Below are positions 48,486 to 59,038 of a stretch of DNA of 64,000 bases, in pieces. The position numbers and the translations under genes were made by a program. Origin of the DNA: Terriglobia bacterium (lineage in GTDB: Bacteria > Acidobacteriota > Terriglobia > 20CM-2-55-15); assembly GCA_965218585.1 (NCBI GenBank), contig CBDCLE010000012.1, forward strand, positions 32,001 through 96,000. Reading direction: 5' to 3'. A model generated the notes under the pieces. That model saw only the letters and a list, made by a program, of their open reading frames with translations. It had not been told where the DNA came from and searched no databases. Numbering within the stretch: the stretch's first letter is position 1; each line of letters starts with the position of its first letter.

Positions 48486-49301
48486 TCATTCCACGGCCAC
48501 TATCGTGATGTTGTTTTCGTCCGCGGTGCGGATCAGGTCTTCACGATCGATCATCAGCGTCTTCCCTGCTTCGACGGCCAGAGCTGTTACATTCGATTCC
48601 ATCATTGTAGTGAGCGTTTCTGGTCCCACGACAGGAACATCGAAGCGCAGGTCCTGGTTGGGTTTCGCCAGTTTCACCAGAGTCAATTGCCGGCCGTTAA
48701 CCAGTGAGGCTGCCCGCCGAACCACAGCGTCGGTACCCTCCATAGCCTCCAGGGCGACACACGCCCCATCACACACAACGGCGGACTGCCCGAGATCAAG
48801 CCGGCCCAGTTCCCGGACAATACGACAGCCATAATCCAGATTCTGCTGTTCCTCTTCGGACGGAGTTCTGGCCGACAACACTCCGGGATCTGGTAACAAC
48901 GGGCCCAGAAACGCAGTCGAGTCCATCAGCTGAATGCCCTCTTTCTCAAGAACCTTGGCCACACCACCGATCAGAGAATCTGTCGACTTCGTCGCCAACC
49001 CCGCCAGCATCTGGATCATCTTCAGGTCCGGGACGATACCGCTGAAGATCTGCTTGTGCTTTACCTGCCCCGCCATCACGGCCTGGCTCACGCCTTCGGA
49101 CTTGAAAGTCTTGATCAACTTCCCCAGCTGTCCAAGCGACATCCAATGAACGTTCTCGGATTCGTCTTCAATCTCCGGAAACGTTTCCTCCTTGATGGCC
49201 GCAACAACCATGTCGATACCCTGACTGCGCGCCGCCTCCAGAACCAGAAACGGGAATCGACCATTACCCGCTATGAGACCGACTCTACTTGACGATTCCA
49301 C
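48486..49301 (-). CDS. lpxI: UDP-2,3-diacylglucosamine pyrophosphatase LpxI
   Basis: GLIAGNGRFP, DLGQS, EAMEGTD, KPNQDLRFDVP; start placed at GTG 49301. Confidence 0.9.
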   Translation of the reverse strand: MESSSRVGLIAGNGRFPFLVLEAARSQGIDMVVAAIKEETFPEIEDESENVHWMSLGQLGKLIKTFKSEGVSQAVMAGQVKHKQIFSGIVPDLKMIQMLAGLATKSTDSLIGGVAKVLEKEGIQLMDSTAFLGPLLPDPGVLSARTPSEEEQQNLDYGCRIVRELGRLDLGQSAVVCDGACVALEAMEGTDAVVRRAASLVNGRQLTLVKLAKPNQDLRFDVPVVGPETLTTMMESNVTALAVEAGKTLMIDREDLIRTADENNITIVAVE

Positions 49302-50088
49302 GATCCGACTTCTCGATAAAATCAATGACAATCCGGGTTTCCGGAGAGTCGACCTCACGACGTATCGCCTCGACTGCCTGTGAAGTATTCAGCTTCGACT
49401 GGAGCAGCAGGCGGAAAGCTTTCTTGATGCCGGAAATCTGGTCGGACGAAAAGCCTTTCCTTTCGAGACCGACAGTATTGACCCCGAACGCTTTCGTATT
49501 TCTCGCGCTGACAGATTTCGAAAACGGCAGGACGTCCTTGGTAATGACGGAATATCCGCCCACGTAACCGTGAAAACCGACGCGGCAAAACTGGTGGACA
49601 CCTGAAAAGGCTCCGATCGTGGCGTGATCCTCAATCGTGACATGTCCGGCAAGCGTAGCCGCATTTGCCATGATGATGTCGTTGCCCAGAACACAGTCGT
49701 GAGCCACGTGGGAATAGACCATTAGGAAATTCCGATCGCCGATCCGGGTCTCTCCACCGCCACCCGCCGTTCCGCGATGAACGTTCGCGTACTCCCGGAA
49801 AACATTGTCGTCTCCGATCGACAAAGTCGTTTCCTCACCACTGTGTTTGAGATCCTGGGGTTCGAGGCCGATCGTGGCGAACGGATAAAATCTGTTGTTG
49901 GTTCCGATCTCGGTGGGACCCTCGATAACGACGTGGGAATCGAGGCGGCAACCCGGCCCGACCTTGACGCCGTCGCCGATGGTGCAGTAGGGGCCGACCT
50001 GCACGTCGTCAGCAAGAACCGCCGCCGGGTTGACAACCGCACTGGGGTGGATCGTTGGAGAGGGTACTGGCAAGGGTTTACTCTTCAC
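49285..50088 (-). CDS. lpxA: UDP-GlcNAc O-acyltransferase
   Basis: Hexapeptide repeats, PQDLK, HVAHDC, LAGHV, HQFCRVG. Confidence 0.95.
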   Translation of the reverse strand: MKSKPLPVPSPTIHPSAVVNPAAVLADDVQVGPYCTIGDGVKVGPGCRLDSHVVIEGPTEIGTNNRFYPFATIGLEPQDLKHSGEETTLSIGDDNVFREYANVHRGTAGGGGETRIGDRNFLMVYSHVAHDCVLGNDIIMANAATLAGHVTIEDHATIGAFSGVHQFCRVGFHGYVGGYSVITKDVLPFSKSVSARNTKAFGVNTVGLERKGFSSDQISGIKKAFRLLLQSKLNTSQAVEAIRREVDSPETRIVIDFIEKSDRGIVK

Positions 50089-50537
50089 GGCTGCTTCCCG
50101 ATGGATGAGAGCAGCGTGGCTTCAGCGGCCAGTTCTTCCCCAACGTGAACCTGCCCCTTCATCTTCCAGATGGTGGCTTTTCGGCGGATGATCTCGCCCG
50201 AGATGCGCAACTGGTCTCCGGGAACAATCGGACGACGAAACTTGGCGCCGTCGATGCCCATGAAGTAGACCAGTGAATTCTCGATATCGGATTCTTCGAG
50301 GAGGCCGAGAATTGCCCCAACCTGAGCCATGCATTCGATGGTGAGGACTCCGGGCATGACCGGAGTAGAGGGAAAGTGGCCAGCGAAAAAGGGTTCGTTG
50401 ATCGTAACGTTCTTGAGCGCGACGATCCGATGCCCCCGCTCAACCTCGACAACCCGATCGACCAGCAGGAACGGGTAGCGGTGCGGGAGGATCCGCATTA
50501 TCTCGGCGATTCGCAGCTCCAAAGGTTCTCCTGGCAC
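50085..50537 (-). CDS. fabZ: 3-hydroxyacyl-ACP dehydratase
   Basis: [31 protein letters not shown]. Confidence 0.96.
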   Translation of the reverse strand: MPGEPLELRIAEIMRILPHRYPFLLVDRVVEVERGHRIVALKNVTINEPFFAGHFPSTPVMPGVLTIECMAQVGAILGLLEESDIENSLVYFMGIDGAKFRRPIVPGDQLRISGEIIRRKATIWKMKGQVHVGEELAAEATLLSSIGKQP

Positions 50538-50646
50538 GTCAGCGTTCGGGATCCGGGTGCGAATAAATTACACCCTCCAAGGGAACGGAATCCCTCAGAG
50601 CTCCCCAGCCCATGGTCCGGCTCCGGGCTGCCAACACACTTCCTCT

Positions 50647-51219
50647 CTAAGGCTCGGGGTCGGGAGCCGCCGCCGGTGCTGCCGGAGGTGCGGGAGGTGC
50701 TTCCGAGCTCTCTGCTGCAGCATCCATACGCCGAATGATCTCGTTCGTGATGTCGATCGAAGGAGCAGCGTAGATCAGGCCGGACTGCTGCGCGGCGACG
50801 TTAAAAATCAGAGTGTACTGCTGCTCATCCGCGTATTCCTGAAAGATTACCTGAGCCTTTTCGAATATCGGCAGCAACAGCTGGTCATTCCTCGCCGACA
50901 TGTCCAGCTCAGCGTCCTCCGAAGCTCGAGTAAGCCGGGTCTGCGTGTTCTGGATGTCGCGATTGAGGTTACCCAGCGCAGTCGCAGAAAGAACCCGCTC
51001 CTGCGTCGCGAGCCGATTCTCCATTTCCGCAAGTTCGGCCTGCATCGTTTCCAGTTCAGCCGACAGCTCGTTGAAATATTCCTCCAGCTGTGCGCTGGCA
51101 ACACGGCCGTCCACGCTTTCAGCAACAACCCTGTCGAAGTTGATCACTGCAACTCTCTGCGCAAGAAGCGAGCCTGGAGTCAACAGCGTCACAAGCAACG
51201 CCAACTTCAAGTACTTCAT
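50647..51219 (-). CDS. skp: Periplasmic chaperone Skp/OmpH
   Basis: Signal peptide, VAVINF, long coiled coil, YTLIF...DITNEII; follows bamA. Confidence 0.9.
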   Translation of the reverse strand: MKYLKLALLVTLLTPGSLLAQRVAVINFDRVVAESVDGRVASAQLEEYFNELSAELETMQAELAEMENRLATQERVLSATALGNLNRDIQNTQTRLTRASEDAELDMSARNDQLLLPIFEKAQVIFQEYADEQQYTLIFNVAAQQSGLIYAAPSIDITNEIIRRMDAAAESSEAPPAPPAAPAAAPDPEP

Positions 51220-51240
51220 CTTTGTTCCCAAAATTTCCTC

Positions 51241-53874
51241 CTAAAATGTCTTGCCCACCGTAAACTTGAATCCCCTCTGTTCTTCCTGCAGGAGAAACCT
51301 CTGTCCGCTGTTGGGCGTCGTCACTGTCCGATCGAGTCTCAACGGATTGTAATAGTAAATCAGCCGGAACGGCGCGTTGATCACCGGCATAAGGACCTGC
51401 AATTCCACACCAGTGCTGGACCTGATTCCGGCGTTCGTTCCGGGAATAAAATTTACGCCGTCCACACGAATGGATCCATCGGGCTGAATCACCTCACGCT
51501 GTAACTGATCTCTGTTAAATGCCCAGCTGTTCCCAATGTCGACAAAGGGCGCCAGTGTCAGCACCTCTCCCGCAATCGGAATTCGATATTCGAGGTTCGC
51601 GACAGCCGTTGTATCCCCACCGACGAACGCAATATCGTCGATCACGATCGGCTGACCTGTAAAGTCGTCCTCCGACTCCCGTGTCACGAAAGCCATGGGG
51701 CTGATCGAGCGAAACTCGAAACCTCGGATATCGAAGTCTCCACCCATGAAGTAGCGCTGAAAAAACGGGGGTCCGGTTCCCGAGAAACCTCTCAGGTGCC
51801 CAACCTGTACGCGAAGCGCCAAAGTATTCCGGAAGTTGTTGATGGGTTTGTAAAACTGATACTCGAAGAACGGCTGGATATAGTTCACGTTACCGCCCAG
51901 GAAACTGCCCGTAAAATTAAAGCTCAAGTTGATGCTCTGACCTCTGGACGGATTGTTCGGATTGTTTACAGTGCTGTAACTGTAAGTCGAAATCAGCGAT
52001 CGCGTCTTGAAGTCGCTGAAGCTGCCGCCGGTCCGGACGAAGTTTTCACGCTCGGACTGCCGCACATTGTTAAAGAAAGCCGCCGTGGCCGGGTTGACTG
52101 CATCGTTCTCGGAATTGTCGAATTGAAAGGTCAGGCCCAGACGCTGGAAGACCCTGAACGGATAGCTGGAAAAAACGTTGAATCCCCGCCGGCTCTGCTC
52201 GTAGTTGAGTCGGTTCTCGAAACCCAATCCGGTCGGCAAATTATCAACGTCAAGACCAAAAATGTCACGCGCCTGGTCGAAGCGATACTCGCTCCGGTAA
52301 ACGGAAAAACCCGCTGAGATCGGACGGTCGAACAGATACGGTTCGGTGAAGCTGAAAGAGAGATTTGTCTGGCGTGTTCCACCCTGGGCTGTCACGCTCA
52401 GTGTCTCGCCAAACCCCAGGAAGTTGTTCGTCGAATAGTCGATCCCAAGGAAACTGCCGCCAATACCGCTGACGCCGCCGCTGAACCCGATCGTGTTTCC
52501 GCCACGCTCTTCGACATTCAGCGTGATATCAACTTCCGCCTCGGTCGGGTTCGGCTGTATGTCGGCCGCATCCGGCGTGATCTCCTCGAAGTAACCCAAT
52601 TGGTTGAGACGAAGCAGGCTCACATCCCAGAGCTGAGAACTGAACAGATCACCTTCCTGCAACATCACCTCGCGGCGTATCACCTTGTCGCGTGTTGTCG
52701 TATTTCCACGGAAGCTGATCCGGTTGACGAAAAACTGGCGGTCCTCATCGATATTGATGTTCAGGTCGACGGTTCGGGTTGGGTCGTCGAAGCCATAGTT
52801 GGGAACCGGAGTAAAATTGATGTACCCGAAGTTGCCATACAGTGTCGTGAGTTGGTCGAATCCTTCGCGCAACTGCGTCTCGTTGAATATATCGCCCGTC
52901 CGGAGTCCCAGAAAGTTCGTCAACTGGTCTTCGGTAAACTGCTCGTTGCCCGTAATGTTTATGTCACCCACCCGGTACTGTTCGTTTTCTTCAACCCGTA
53001 TCGTCAGGAAGAAACGGTCCACTTCCTTCTTCCAGAACGGAAGCGGAATACCCCACGGAAACGAGGGCTTGATAAACGGGAGCGTTCGGCTGATCTTGTG
53101 CGTACGAATCTCCACCTCCGGCTCCAGAACAACGGCCCGGACGTAGCCGTTCTCTCGCAAGAGCATCTGGATCCGGGTAATATCGTCGGCCATTTTCAGC
53201 TCGTGGTAGGTGTCCTGTGACCGGAAGGAAGCGATAGGGCCTGCTTCCTTGAGCAATTCCATCGCACCCTTGATGTCACCGTCAGAAAAGACTTCGTTGC
53301 CAACGATCTCGATTTGCTCGATCTTGATCTTCTCTCCTTCGTCGATGACAAAGGCCACGCCGATTGCGTTGGGGGGAATTTCGTAGGTTTCGATTTCGAC
53401 GGTCGCGTTCTGGCGTCCCTGGCCGGCCAGCAAATCCAGCAGAACGGCTTTGGCTCGTTGCATCCGCGTCTCGTCGTACGGGATCTCCACGCTCAAGCCA
53501 ACGCCCTCGTCGCGAAACCGTTCGAGGATGGACGATTGGGTAACCGAGCTGTTCCCCTCGTAATCGATGGCGCGGATTATGGGCTTTTCTGAAACCTCGA
53601 AGATGACTATCCTGCCGTTGTCTCCGTCCTCTTCATAGACATGAACGTCGTCGAAATAGCCCATGCCATAAAGGGCTCGAATGTCCCGCTGAACCGTAAC
53701 CGCATCAATGGGCTCACCCGGTCGGCTCTGGAGATTGTAGCGGATGGTTTCTGCCGGAACCCTGCGGTTCCCGGTCACCTCGATCGCCTCGATGATGTTC
53801 GGGACCGGAATCTCGAGGACCTGGGGTTGGATGCCGTTAAGAAAAACTGTAAAAAAGACGGCGAAAAGCTTCAT
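51241..53874 (-). CDS. bamA: Outer-membrane protein assembly factor BamA
   Basis: POTRA repeats (GNRRV, GNTTTRDKVIRRE), IRGF, terminal F; GGAGGAGG RBS before ATG 53874. Confidence 0.95.
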   Translation of the reverse strand: MKLFAVFFTVFLNGIQPQVLEIPVPNIIEAIEVTGNRRVPAETIRYNLQSRPGEPIDAVTVQRDIRALYGMGYFDDVHVYEEDGDNGRIVIFEVSEKPIIRAIDYEGNSSVTQSSILERFRDEGVGLSVEIPYDETRMQRAKAVLLDLLAGQGRQNATVEIETYEIPPNAIGVAFVIDEGEKIKIEQIEIVGNEVFSDGDIKGAMELLKEAGPIASFRSQDTYHELKMADDITRIQMLLRENGYVRAVVLEPEVEIRTHKISRTLPFIKPSFPWGIPLPFWKKEVDRFFLTIRVEENEQYRVGDINITGNEQFTEDQLTNFLGLRTGDIFNETQLREGFDQLTTLYGNFGYINFTPVPNYGFDDPTRTVDLNINIDEDRQFFVNRISFRGNTTTRDKVIRREVMLQEGDLFSSQLWDVSLLRLNQLGYFEEITPDAADIQPNPTEAEVDITLNVEERGGNTIGFSGGVSGIGGSFLGIDYSTNNFLGFGETLSVTAQGGTRQTNLSFSFTEPYLFDRPISAGFSVYRSEYRFDQARDIFGLDVDNLPTGLGFENRLNYEQSRRGFNVFSSYPFRVFQRLGLTFQFDNSENDAVNPATAAFFNNVRQSERENFVRTGGSFSDFKTRSLISTYSYSTVNNPNNPSRGQSINLSFNFTGSFLGGNVNYIQPFFEYQFYKPINNFRNTLALRVQVGHLRGFSGTGPPFFQRYFMGGDFDIRGFEFRSISPMAFVTRESEDDFTGQPIVIDDIAFVGGDTTAVANLEYRIPIAGEVLTLAPFVDIGNSWAFNRDQLQREVIQPDGSIRVDGVNFIPGTNAGIRSSTGVELQVLMPVINAPFRLIYYYNPLRLDRTVTTPNSGQRFLLQEEQRGFKFTVGKTF

Positions 53875-53951
53875 TTCCTCCTCCAAGCGACAAACGACAA
53901 AATCGTTTCAAATTGTACTACGACCATGGGTTAAAACCAATGGATAGTGCA

Positions 53952-53965
53952 GCATAAGCCCTGCC
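53952..53965 (-). promoter_or_regulatory. Possible sigma-54 promoter upstream of bamA
   Basis: Minus strand GG-CAGGGCTTAT-GC gives GG-N10-GC spacing; only a partial match to TGGCACG-N4-TTGC. Confidence 0.3.
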
Positions 53966-54115
53966 CACGCGCCCACACCTCCAAATTGCAGCGCCATATC
54001 GCCAGAGCGCGGCAAGGCACAACCGCAAGGGCCAGGCGCACGAATCCCCTGACAATGGTCACTTAGACTTTGCGGGAACCGTTTTGGTGTAAAGCGGGGT
54101 AAAAAATAAGAGGCG

Positions 54116-54191
54116 GGTAAAAGTAGGGACAGGGCACTCTTTTTGCAGCCAGATTTGTGGGCAAAAAGAGTGCCCTGTCCCTACTTTTACC
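54116..54191. repeat. 31-bp perfect inverted repeat, GTAG-type REP-like
   Basis: GGTAAAAGTAGGGACAGGGCACTCTTTTTGC, 14-nt loop, exact reverse complement; 26 bp downstream of the clpC stop. Confidence 0.88.
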
Positions 54192-54217
54192 GAATAGCGG
54201 TGTTTGAAGGTTAACTG

Positions 54218-56656
54218 CTAGATACTCAACGGCACGCCAACTTCTTCCCGATCCTTTGGCCGATACCAGAGCTGTTCGCCATCCCGATACACCTCGACCC
54301 TGGATATGTTCTCGAGGTTGCCCTGGATCAAGGCTTCCGACAACGGGTCCTCAATGTAGCGCTGAATGGCTCGGCGCAGGGGCCGTGCACCGTAGTTGCG
54401 GTCGTGGCACACCTTGTCCAGAATCCACTGCCGCGCTTCTTCGGTCAGGCTGACTTCCAGATGCTTGTGTTCGAGATTTTCGTTCAACTGGTCGATCATC
54501 ATTTCGACGATTCGCGCCAGGTCAGAGTCCGTAAGCGAGTTAAAGATGATGATCTCGTCGAGACGGTTGATGAATTCGGGATTGAACAGACGCTTCACTT
54601 CCACCATCACCGCATCTTCCATCTTGGCTTCGGTAACCTCTTCGCTTGGCGCCTGGAATCCCAGACTCGTGTGCTTGCTCAGGAATCGTGCACCGATATT
54701 GGAGGTCATGATGATGATCGTGTTCTTGAAATCGATCGTGTTACCCAGCCCGTCGGTCAACTGGCCGTCTTCAAACACCTGTAACAGGATGTTGTAAACG
54801 TCCGGATGGGCTTTTTCGATTTCATCCAGCAGGATGACTGAATACGGATTACGTTTGACGCGCTCAGTGAGCTGGCCGCCCTCTTCATAGCCAACGTATC
54901 CCGGAGGAGAACCGATCAGCTTCGAAACCGAATGCTTTTCCATGAACTCGGACATGTCAAAGCGAATCAGGCTCTTTTCGCTGCCGAAGAGGAATTGCGC
55001 CAGAGATCTCGCCATCTCCGTCTTACCAACACCGGTCGGACCGAGGAACAGGAACGATCCCGACGGCCGCGTCGGTGATTTCAAACCGGCACGAGAACGG
55101 CGGATCGCACGTGCCAGAGCGTCAATCGCCTTGTCCTGACTGACAATGCGCCGGTGCAATTCATCCTCGATCCGGCTCAAGCGGAGCATCTCCTCTTCCT
55201 TGATCGAGGTCACCGGGACTCCGGTCCACTTGGATACGACTTCTTCGATGTCCGCACGAGTGGCCACACCCATGCTGGCCGTCTCACTGATGTTGAACTT
55301 TTCGCGGACTCCCTGGAGGTTGTCCCTCTCGACTTGCTCCTGGTTCTTGTAGTGCTCCGCCTTTTCAAAGTCCTTACTCGAAATGGCGCTCTCCATCCGG
55401 GCCACGATGAACTTGATCCTGCGCTGGATATCGGTCATTTCAGAAGGCAGTGTGGCCTGACGCAGCTTGACACGCGCACCGGCCTCATCGAGGAGGTCGA
55501 TCGCCTTGTCGGGAAGGAAACGGTCAGGGATATATCGATTGGACAGATGCACAGCCGCTTCGATGGCTTCGTCCGTGTAGCTGACCATGTGGAATTTCTC
55601 GTAGCGTGACTTGACACCGTGCAGGATGCTTACCGATTCCTGTTCGGGCGGGGCACCGACCTTGATCGCCTGGAAACGGCGTTCAAGAGACCGGTCCTTC
55701 TCGATCGATTTCCGAAACTCTGCCGGTGTCGTCGCACCGATGCACTGGATCTCGCCCCGCGAGAGTGCGGGCTTCAGGATGTTGGCCGCGTCCAGGGAGC
55801 CTTCGGCAGAACCCGCACCGACCAGCGTGTGCAACTCATCGATAAAGACGATCGTGTTGGGGTTGTCGACCAACTCCTTCATGATGGTCTTCAATCTCTC
55901 TTCAAACTGCCCCCTGTACTTTGTTCCTGCAACGATCAATGAAAGATCGAGGACCAGGATCCGCTTGTCGGACAGAAAAGTCGGCACTTCCCCATCGACG
56001 ATTTGCTGCGCCAGGCCTTCGACGATAGCCGTCTTGCCAACACCGGGATCGCCAATCAGCACAGGGTTGTTCTTAGTTCTCCGGCAGAGGATCTGAACGA
56101 CACGATCGATTTCGTTGCTGCGGCCGACCAATGGGTCCAGAACGCCGTCAACGGCAGCCTGTGTCAGATCACGCGAAAACTCACTCAGAAGAGGTGTTTC
56201 CTTGGGCTTGACCAACGTCTGGCGATCGACAACCGAGCGAGCCAATTCTTCGCGAATGGCGTTCAGCCGCAGGCCGCGCTCATGCAGAATTTCGCCGGCC
56301 ACACACTTCTCTTCGCGCAGGATACCGAGCAGAAGATGCTCTGTGCCGATGTGGCGATGGTTCAGACGCTCGGCCTCTTCGGCCGCATAAGCCAGGATCC
56401 GCTTGCACTCGTTGGACAAGGGCAGATCGATCGATGTCGAAACCTTCTCCCGAATCGTCGTCCGTCCCTCGATTTCCTTGCGGATGCTTTCGATGGACGA
56501 CTGGTTGCGCAGGAACCGGTTGGTGAGGTTCTTGTCCTCCCGAATCAGTCCCAGAAGCAGGTGCTCAGTTTCGATCGTCGTGCTGCCAAACTGACTGGCT
56601 TCATATCGCGCGAAGAAGATTACGCGGCGTGCTCTCTCTGTGTATCTTTCGAACAT
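54218..56656 (-). CDS. clpC: ATP-dependent Clp protease ATP-binding subunit ClpC
   Basis: [11 protein letters not shown] Clp-N domain, [19 protein letters not shown]-type middle domain, LGF loop. Confidence 0.93.
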   Translation of the reverse strand: MFERYTERARRVIFFARYEASQFGSTTIETEHLLLGLIREDKNLTNRFLRNQSSIESIRKEIEGRTTIREKVSTSIDLPLSNECKRILAYAAEEAERLNHRHIGTEHLLLGILREEKCVAGEILHERGLRLNAIREELARSVVDRQTLVKPKETPLLSEFSRDLTQAAVDGVLDPLVGRSNEIDRVVQILCRRTKNNPVLIGDPGVGKTAIVEGLAQQIVDGEVPTFLSDKRILVLDLSLIVAGTKYRGQFEERLKTIMKELVDNPNTIVFIDELHTLVGAGSAEGSLDAANILKPALSRGEIQCIGATTPAEFRKSIEKDRSLERRFQAIKVGAPPEQESVSILHGVKSRYEKFHMVSYTDEAIEAAVHLSNRYIPDRFLPDKAIDLLDEAGARVKLRQATLPSEMTDIQRRIKFIVARMESAISSKDFEKAEHYKNQEQVERDNLQGVREKFNISETASMGVATRADIEEVVSKWTGVPVTSIKEEEMLRLSRIEDELHRRIVSQDKAIDALARAIRRSRAGLKSPTRPSGSFLFLGPTGVGKTEMARSLAQFLFGSEKSLIRFDMSEFMEKHSVSKLIGSPPGYVGYEEGGQLTERVKRNPYSVILLDEIEKAHPDVYNILLQVFEDGQLTDGLGNTIDFKNTIIIMTSNIGARFLSKHTSLGFQAPSEEVTEAKMEDAVMVEVKRLFNPEFINRLDEIIIFNSLTDSDLARIVEMMIDQLNENLEHKHLEVSLTEEARQWILDKVCHDRNYGARPLRRAIQRYIEDPLSEALIQGNLENISRVEVYRDGEQLWYRPKDREEVGVPLSI

Positions 56657-56794
56657 GATCTCGTCTTTGGGTTGAGGCCCAGTCCCAGAAGGACTTCAGT
56701 TCTTAATTATCGAGCTTTTTCTTTCAGTTGTACGACTCTAAAGATTCTAAACGATGGCCAAAGTCAGAACAAGGCCCCATCCCCGATGGCCAGC

Positions 56795-57463
56795 TCATCC
56801 TTGGACCAACTTTCCTCTATCTATCTGCCATATCTGGTCACACTTAGCCGCAATCTTTTCGTTGTGGGTCACGATCACCGAGGTCAGGCCACGCTCGGAA
56901 TGGAGCCCCCGGATCACCTCAAATACTTCGCTCCCTGTGTCGGGATCCAGATTCCCGGTCGGCTCGTCGGCCAAAAGGAGTTCGGCATCTCCAACCAGGG
57001 CGCGTGCAATCGCTACTCGTTGTTGTTCCCCTCCGGAAAGCTCCCCGATCTGGTGTTCGAGGCGAGCTCCAAGCCCTACTTGTTCAAGCAATTGACGCGC
57101 ACGTGCCATAGCATCGTCCCGGGTCTTCCCCCTGACCATCAACGGCATGGCTGCATTTTCCGTCGCCGTAAACTCCGGCAGCAGGTGATGAAACTGAAAC
57201 ACAAAGCCCACGTGGTGGTTTCGATATTGGGCCAGACGGATCGGATCGAGTGAAAAGATGTCTTCCTCCCGGAACAGGACCTGGCCCGAAGTGGGAGAAT
57301 CCAGGCCGCCCAGCAAGTGGAGCAACGTGCTCTTACCTGCACCCGAAGGTCCAATCACCGCAATCAGGTCGCCCGATTCTACCCGCAGATTCAGACCCTC
57401 AAAAACAACGATGTCTGAAGCCGGTGTGGCGTATATTTTCGTTAGGTTTACGGCCTCTAGCAT
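56795..57463 (-). CDS. lolD: Lipoprotein-releasing ABC ATPase
   Basis: GPSGAGKS, GFVFQFHHLLPEF, LSGGEQQR, ADEPTGNLD. Confidence 0.92.
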   Translation of the reverse strand: MLEAVNLTKIYATPASDIVVFEGLNLRVESGDLIAVIGPSGAGKSTLLHLLGGLDSPTSGQVLFREEDIFSLDPIRLAQYRNHHVGFVFQFHHLLPEFTATENAAMPLMVRGKTRDDAMARARQLLEQVGLGARLEHQIGELSGGEQQRVAIARALVGDAELLLADEPTGNLDPDTGSEVFEVIRGLHSERGLTSVIVTHNEKIAAKCDQIWQIDRGKLVQG

Positions 57464-57594
57464 TGCGGAAGACGACAGCGCGCTATGTTCCGATTTTGTC
57501 TGAGCGGTTTAGGATTACAGCCCGTTTCCGAGCTGAAGCGGGCGTACTCGGGTTCCGACTGGGAAAAAATCGACCATAGATCCTCGCCTGGAGG

Positions 57595-58809
57595 TCACTC
57601 ATATCTGAGGGCCTCCACAGGTTGGAGCCTGGAAGCCGCTCTTGAGGGATATATCGTGGCGGCGTAGCTGATCAGGACCGCTGCAACAGCCACGATCACT
57701 GAGTCGGACAGGCTGGGTTGGAATGGAACATACGCGATCGAATAGACGTCAGGGGAGATGCTGACCCACTGGTACCGATCGGCCAGATAACTGACTGCGT
57801 TCCCTATGGCGACACCCAAGCCGGTGCCCACAACACCAATGATGACTCCTTGGGCGATGAAGACCTTTCGGATGTTGTCCTGGGTCGCCCCCATCGACAT
57901 CAGTACAGCAATGTCCCGCGTCTTCTCCATTACCATCATCACCAACGTCACGACAATGTTGAGCGAGGCAACGATCACGATCAGGCCGATCGTAATGAAC
58001 ATAACGATTCGCTCCAGCTGCAAAGCCTCAAAGATCGCGGCGTTCTGTGTCCTCCAATCGGTAAACTCCAGCTCTTCGCCAACAGCAGTCACAATTTCGG
58101 GACCTAATACTCCAGACTCATCAATGTCATCGATCTGGACTTCGATCGAAGAAGCGACGTCGTCTTCTCCCAGCAACCGCTGCGCCGCTTCGATCGGTAC
58201 ATAGACATAACCCACATCAAAGTCATAGAGCCCAGAGCGGAAAATACCGGACACTTCAAAGATACGGGAACGCGGCGCAGGGCCCCCTGGAGTGAGAATC
58301 GTTTCCGCGGTCAATGCACGGAGATCGTCCCCCACAAACGAACCCATCGTCAGTGCCAGCTCCTCACCAATCAGAATCGAACGTGGACCGAAATCCTCCG
58401 GTCTGCCTTCGATAAGAGTTTCGAAAACCTCTGAACGCTTCGCTTCCAACTCCGGCACGATACCCTTCATGTATACGCCGCTGCTCTGAAAGCCGTTCGA
58501 CAGCAAGACCTGTTGATAGAGAGCGGGAGCGGCGGCTGTAACGCCATCGACGGATTCGGCACGGCGTGCCGCTTCGATGTAATCGCCAATGCCCTCTCGT
58601 GTAGGTCTCAACAACGTGATGTGGGCCTGTGTCCCCAGGAGCTTCTCTTCAAGGTCCTGTCGGAAACCCGCGTTGATGGCCAGTGCAATGACCAGAGCCG
58701 CAACGCCTGCAGTGACACCAATCACTGAAATGATCGTAATCAGCGACACGACAGCCTGCTTTCGCTTGGCTTTCAAATACCTCAGGGCAACGATGAACTC
58801 AAACCGCAT
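57595..58809 (-). CDS. Lipoprotein-releasing ABC permease LolC/E
   Basis: MRFEFIVALRYLKAKRK, EKTRDIAVLMSMGA, YPSRAASRLQPVEALRYE. Confidence 0.92.
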   Translation of the reverse strand: MRFEFIVALRYLKAKRKQAVVSLITIISVIGVTAGVAALVIALAINAGFRQDLEEKLLGTQAHITLLRPTREGIGDYIEAARRAESVDGVTAAAPALYQQVLLSNGFQSSGVYMKGIVPELEAKRSEVFETLIEGRPEDFGPRSILIGEELALTMGSFVGDDLRALTAETILTPGGPAPRSRIFEVSGIFRSGLYDFDVGYVYVPIEAAQRLLGEDDVASSIEVQIDDIDESGVLGPEIVTAVGEELEFTDWRTQNAAIFEALQLERIVMFITIGLIVIVASLNIVVTLVMMVMEKTRDIAVLMSMGATQDNIRKVFIAQGVIIGVVGTGLGVAIGNAVSYLADRYQWVSISPDVYSIAYVPFQPSLSDSVIVAVAAVLISYAATIYPSRAASRLQPVEALRYE

Positions 58810-58874
58810 CAAGCAATTATATGGGACAGAGTCCCAGCCCCGGTCACGTATTAAGTCATTAAAAACATGGTGAA

Positions 58875-58973
58875 CTTCAACACGAAGACACGAAGGTAAC
58901 GAAGTTGGGATGTCTTTAAGACAAGCAACCTTCGTGGACTTCGTTTCCCTTCGCGGACTTCGCGTTAAAAATC
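58875..58973. repeat. CACGAAG-type inverted-repeat element
   Basis: Left arm 29/30 and right arm 22/25 identical to the 29091-29182 copy. Confidence 0.78.
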
Positions 58974-59038
58974 CCTGACGACGGAATATGGCACAATGTA
59001 GGTTTGGATTTAGGACTGAACAAGGAACAGGGACTCCA

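Noticed and set aside
45921-48489. Small similar ORFs beginning ...LPQRRKDAKEEKT (45921-46139, 48295-48489)
   Set aside because: The similarity comes from translating the repeat arm; the rest is not conserved in frame.
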